A stretch of 64,000 bases of DNA. Source: Basidiobolus meristosporus CBS 931.73 (lineage: Eukaryota; Fungi; Basidiobolomycota). The stretch's first letter is position 1, and every line of letters begins with the position of its first letter. A program made the translations under genes and the position numbers. The notes under the pieces are model-generated. The model saw nothing but the letters and a program-made list of their open reading frames with translations, did no database searches and had not been told where the DNA came from. Below, one piece after another: positions 63,772 through 64,000 of the stretch. Location of the stretch: the NCBI GenBank assembly GCA_002104905.1, contig MCFE01000269.1, forward strand, positions 43,096 to 107,095, read 5' to 3'.

Positions 63772-64000
63772 GGGTTAGGGTTAGGGTTAGGGTTAGGGTT
63801 AGGGTTAGGGTTAGGGTTAGGGTTAGGGTTAGGGTTAGGGTTAGGGTTAGGGTTAGGGTTAGGGTTAGGGTTAGGGTTAGGGTTAGGGTTAGGGTTAGGG
63901 TTAGGGTTAGGGTTAGGGTTAGGGTTAGGGTTAGGGTTAGGGTTAGGGTTAGGGTTAGGGTTAGGGTTAGGGTTAGGGTTAGGGTTAGGGTTAGGGTAGG
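63772..64000 (+). repeat. Telomere (TTAGGG)n, 37 perfect units, at the window end
   Basis: Perfect TTAGGG from 63775 to 63996, with the G-rich strand running 5'->3' toward the end as expected for a right chromosome end. Confidence 0.98.

Noticed and set aside
63757-63999. 80-aa (GL)n ORF
   Set aside because: It is simply the translation of the TTAGGG tract and has no ATG or gene context.

Overview
Right-hand end of a chromosome from a compact, intron-rich fungal genome. The gene content (PUS10, ferroportin, BRI3-like, ABCA, CYP509-like P450) points to an early-diverging fungus (Mucoromycota/Zoopagomycota-like); this is an inference. From 1 to about 38 kb there are densely packed conserved genes: amino-acid permease, DPH6, SIZ/PIAS, NUR1-like, PUS10, acyl-CoA dehydrogenase, ferroportin, an unknown large protein, SEC8, GPI7, TIP41, a LEA-MAPEG fusion, BRI3-like, SSSCA1-like and ABCA. 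From about 38 to 56 kb there are accessory genes, including a 30-Cys metallothionein and a 2.8-kb tandem duplication that yields one intact and one frameshifted P450. From about 57 kb the DNA becomes CpG-depleted transposon debris. It ends in a head-to-tail array of three 5'-truncated copies of an APE+RT non-LTR retrotransposon, all reading from telomere to centromere. Each copy joins the DNA proximal to it through 1-2 TTAGGG units plus a G-run, with no poly(A). The last copy is capped directly by 37 TTAGGG repeats. The best candidate for an undescribed system is this essentially CpG-free, apparently telomere-targeted LINE. Exon boundaries were inferred by eye, so coordinates of multi-exon genes are approximate gene spans.
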